A stretch of 64,000 nt of DNA from Macrostomum lignano (taxonomy: Eukaryota): contig NIVC01000717.1 of assembly GCA_002269645.1 (NCBI GenBank), forward strand, positions 310,001 through 374,000, in the 5' to 3' direction. The notes beneath the pieces were generated by a model. It was not told the origin of the DNA and did no database searches. It saw nothing but the letters and a program-made list of their open reading frames with translations. Shown here piece after piece: positions 63,501 through 64,000 of the stretch (positions are counted from its first letter, which is position 1; every line of letters starts with the position of its first letter). The position numbers were made by a program, and so were the translations under genes.

Positions 63501-64000
63501 ATCACAGGTATTGAAGATGTCTTGGCAATTCCAGTTTACGGATATTTGCTAATCTATAAATGTACACCGATCCACCACTTTAACATCTTGCCATCAAATA
63601 CTACAACAACCTGTTACGACAAACCTCGAATCGAGGCCTTTTACAAGGGAAGGCGCATCCGAGGATTTTTGGACACTGTCCACAATATTATTGTTGGAAC
63701 CGCCATTCCAAGACCATGTACAAACTCAGCCAACTATTTCAACTTAAACGATCTACTACACCAAATTTCGTCGGCAGGCGATATTAAAAACATTTCAAAC
63801 TCGCAAGTTATTGTTGACGAGACTTACGAAATGACGGACCTCGAAGTAAAATTCAATAAAACAACATACAAACCCTTTGGAGATATTAAACTAGACGAAA
63901 TCACCCCAGGATGGACTATCAACGATTTCCTGCAGGTTTTTATTTCACAACGGCAAGTCCTGACAAAACTGTTCACGGAACGACAGCAACGAGATGCAGA
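60525..64000 (+). CDS. gag-env: Single Gag-Env polyprotein ORF, 3'-incomplete (at least 1158 aa): Ty3/Gypsy Gag, CCHC knuckle, acidic linker, internal signal peptide, gB-like class III fusion glycoprotein
   Basis: Hand-translated codon by codon from ATG 60525 with no stop to the window end. Capsid motifs FIEHFDLV...LLEGTAREIY...DYHTLVTQLRAQF and RKMSPTESFLTFVDDVR; CYTCGRIGHYARDC (61230-61271); RRKKKHPLLQCFLTILMMAIVPTVLP (62283-62360); furin site RHKR (63297-63308); gB-like TCRMHE...VNPTT...YKC...TCYDKP...GFLD...PC...YF. Confidence 0.9.
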   Translation, partial: MARRNPTVHRDVKETVGMYTMDKDFNTFIEHFDLVTREYGLQNPEKALLLPPLLEGTAREIYGKLNAAAQQDYHTLVTQLRAQFARCGTNRSVLLHKLHNRKMSPTESFLTFVDDVRKIIKALHQPPPPNPGAQPIGPAELAARERQRLADQEQSLILHVINNAQPSLRDRLLRETIETEEQLIRCGMQWEASAPLLTSRSSDTTQLGEQLSKLMQQYQTSAIMPQRQRYAPPPTCYTCGRIGHYARDCRSRGNPRQYNDNRRKNWTRPQNRNWNPPQNRQGNALVPYRQQRNPPPPRQPTQVRRQYAQAIEPEYTQVIEPEFKIEDLMPDFTINVLEEFERRKDSTSSESSCMMDSLFEEDPPIPTSSKASPVFRENKRQQQTISKQQSNLFKVPTIDNLSETHRDDNFQDRKEMTTLEEDRDPATSQNIFEESVDMLQVLVDDIDLSETPPTQEPDYENIVSPSPVHEKWKHDKATNTQSNHSTDEKFVQTEDDTYVSMNLDYESEYDEPITIMEPVNTPTDENTTTHLTNISKSTNFMRPMLQSQPPTPLPCSNKWHFSTRLTPPPYPEDSHDEIEDTPPVPTRRKKKHPLLQCFLTILMMAIVPTVLPSPSPMICPTDGDIQPVIYKIPTEIKCSYFKTNQTKPLPLTIEIYKANTKKHRQMGIVCFRDKDEIEKVWLVQWNRIRYWQTSMMVSQEECFRWNQTLFSEDGQLKLHETSASGAQLFRTKNVADGRYVHYHQSRWPTYSVYNSYLIRNVLFYHNPFDNMESLQLPLDQCHYSSGYCSTPNYNKEEAQNLPLAPTYFHDYRYQIEYRSDSRYEEPSRTRKYFIAWEVKTEIDCKLQKYHTVKGKLLSNTFLADSGDLALTFPKQPSYTHLKCKDKDEQLILSDQEIPIVLKDMDKNVFLKVVNGTYQRKDVIERHKRDLPKPSLVSARLLAAKLAAMEHKLHKQLNYLHRSMVKLTCRMHETSLNYARQNYYVNPTTTFRKITGIEDVLAIPVYGYLLIYKCTPIHHFNILPSNTTTTCYDKPRIEAFYKGRRIRGFLDTVHNIIVGTAIPRPCTNSANYFNLNDLLHQISSAGDIKNISNSQVIVDETYEMTDLEVKFNKTTYKPFGDIKLDEITPGWTINDFLQVFISQRQVLTKLFTERQQRDA

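Overview
Repeat-rich eukaryotic (invertebrate animal) genomic DNA. GC-rich exons set among very many mini- and microsatellites resemble the free-living flatworm Macrostomum, but that assignment is inference. Most long ORFs in the supplied track are artefacts of tandem repeats. Host genes reconstructed by hand: a single-exon orphan rhodopsin-type GPCR (8554-9804, -); a 3-exon CYP2-clan cytochrome P450 (11204-14204, -); a 2-exon divergent paralogous GPCR lacking the TM3 arginine (21315-24756, -); a 3-exon MATE/SLC47 transporter (33937-37365, +); and a 6-7 exon orphan coiled-coil/low-complexity gene (39946-53793, -). Mobile DNA: four copies of a hAT-type MITE with an internal 21-bp minisatellite (8-bp TSDs on two copies), three tRNA-derived CORE-like SINEs and a decayed LINE 3' end. 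The main result is missing from the ORF track because it has no stop codon in the window. A candidate LTR (about 59246-60158) and a tRNA primer-binding site (60161-60180) precede one uninterrupted reading frame, 60525 to beyond 64000 (at least 1158 aa). It fuses a Ty3/Gypsy-type Gag (capsid plus CCHC knuckle) through an acidic, motif-rich linker (PPPY, YENI, YVSM, YDEP, PPVPTR) and an internal signal sequence directly to a herpesvirus-gB-like (class III) fusion glycoprotein. No protease, RT, RNase H or integrase lies between them. This is a candidate Gag-Env polyprotein retroelement or virus-like-particle system.
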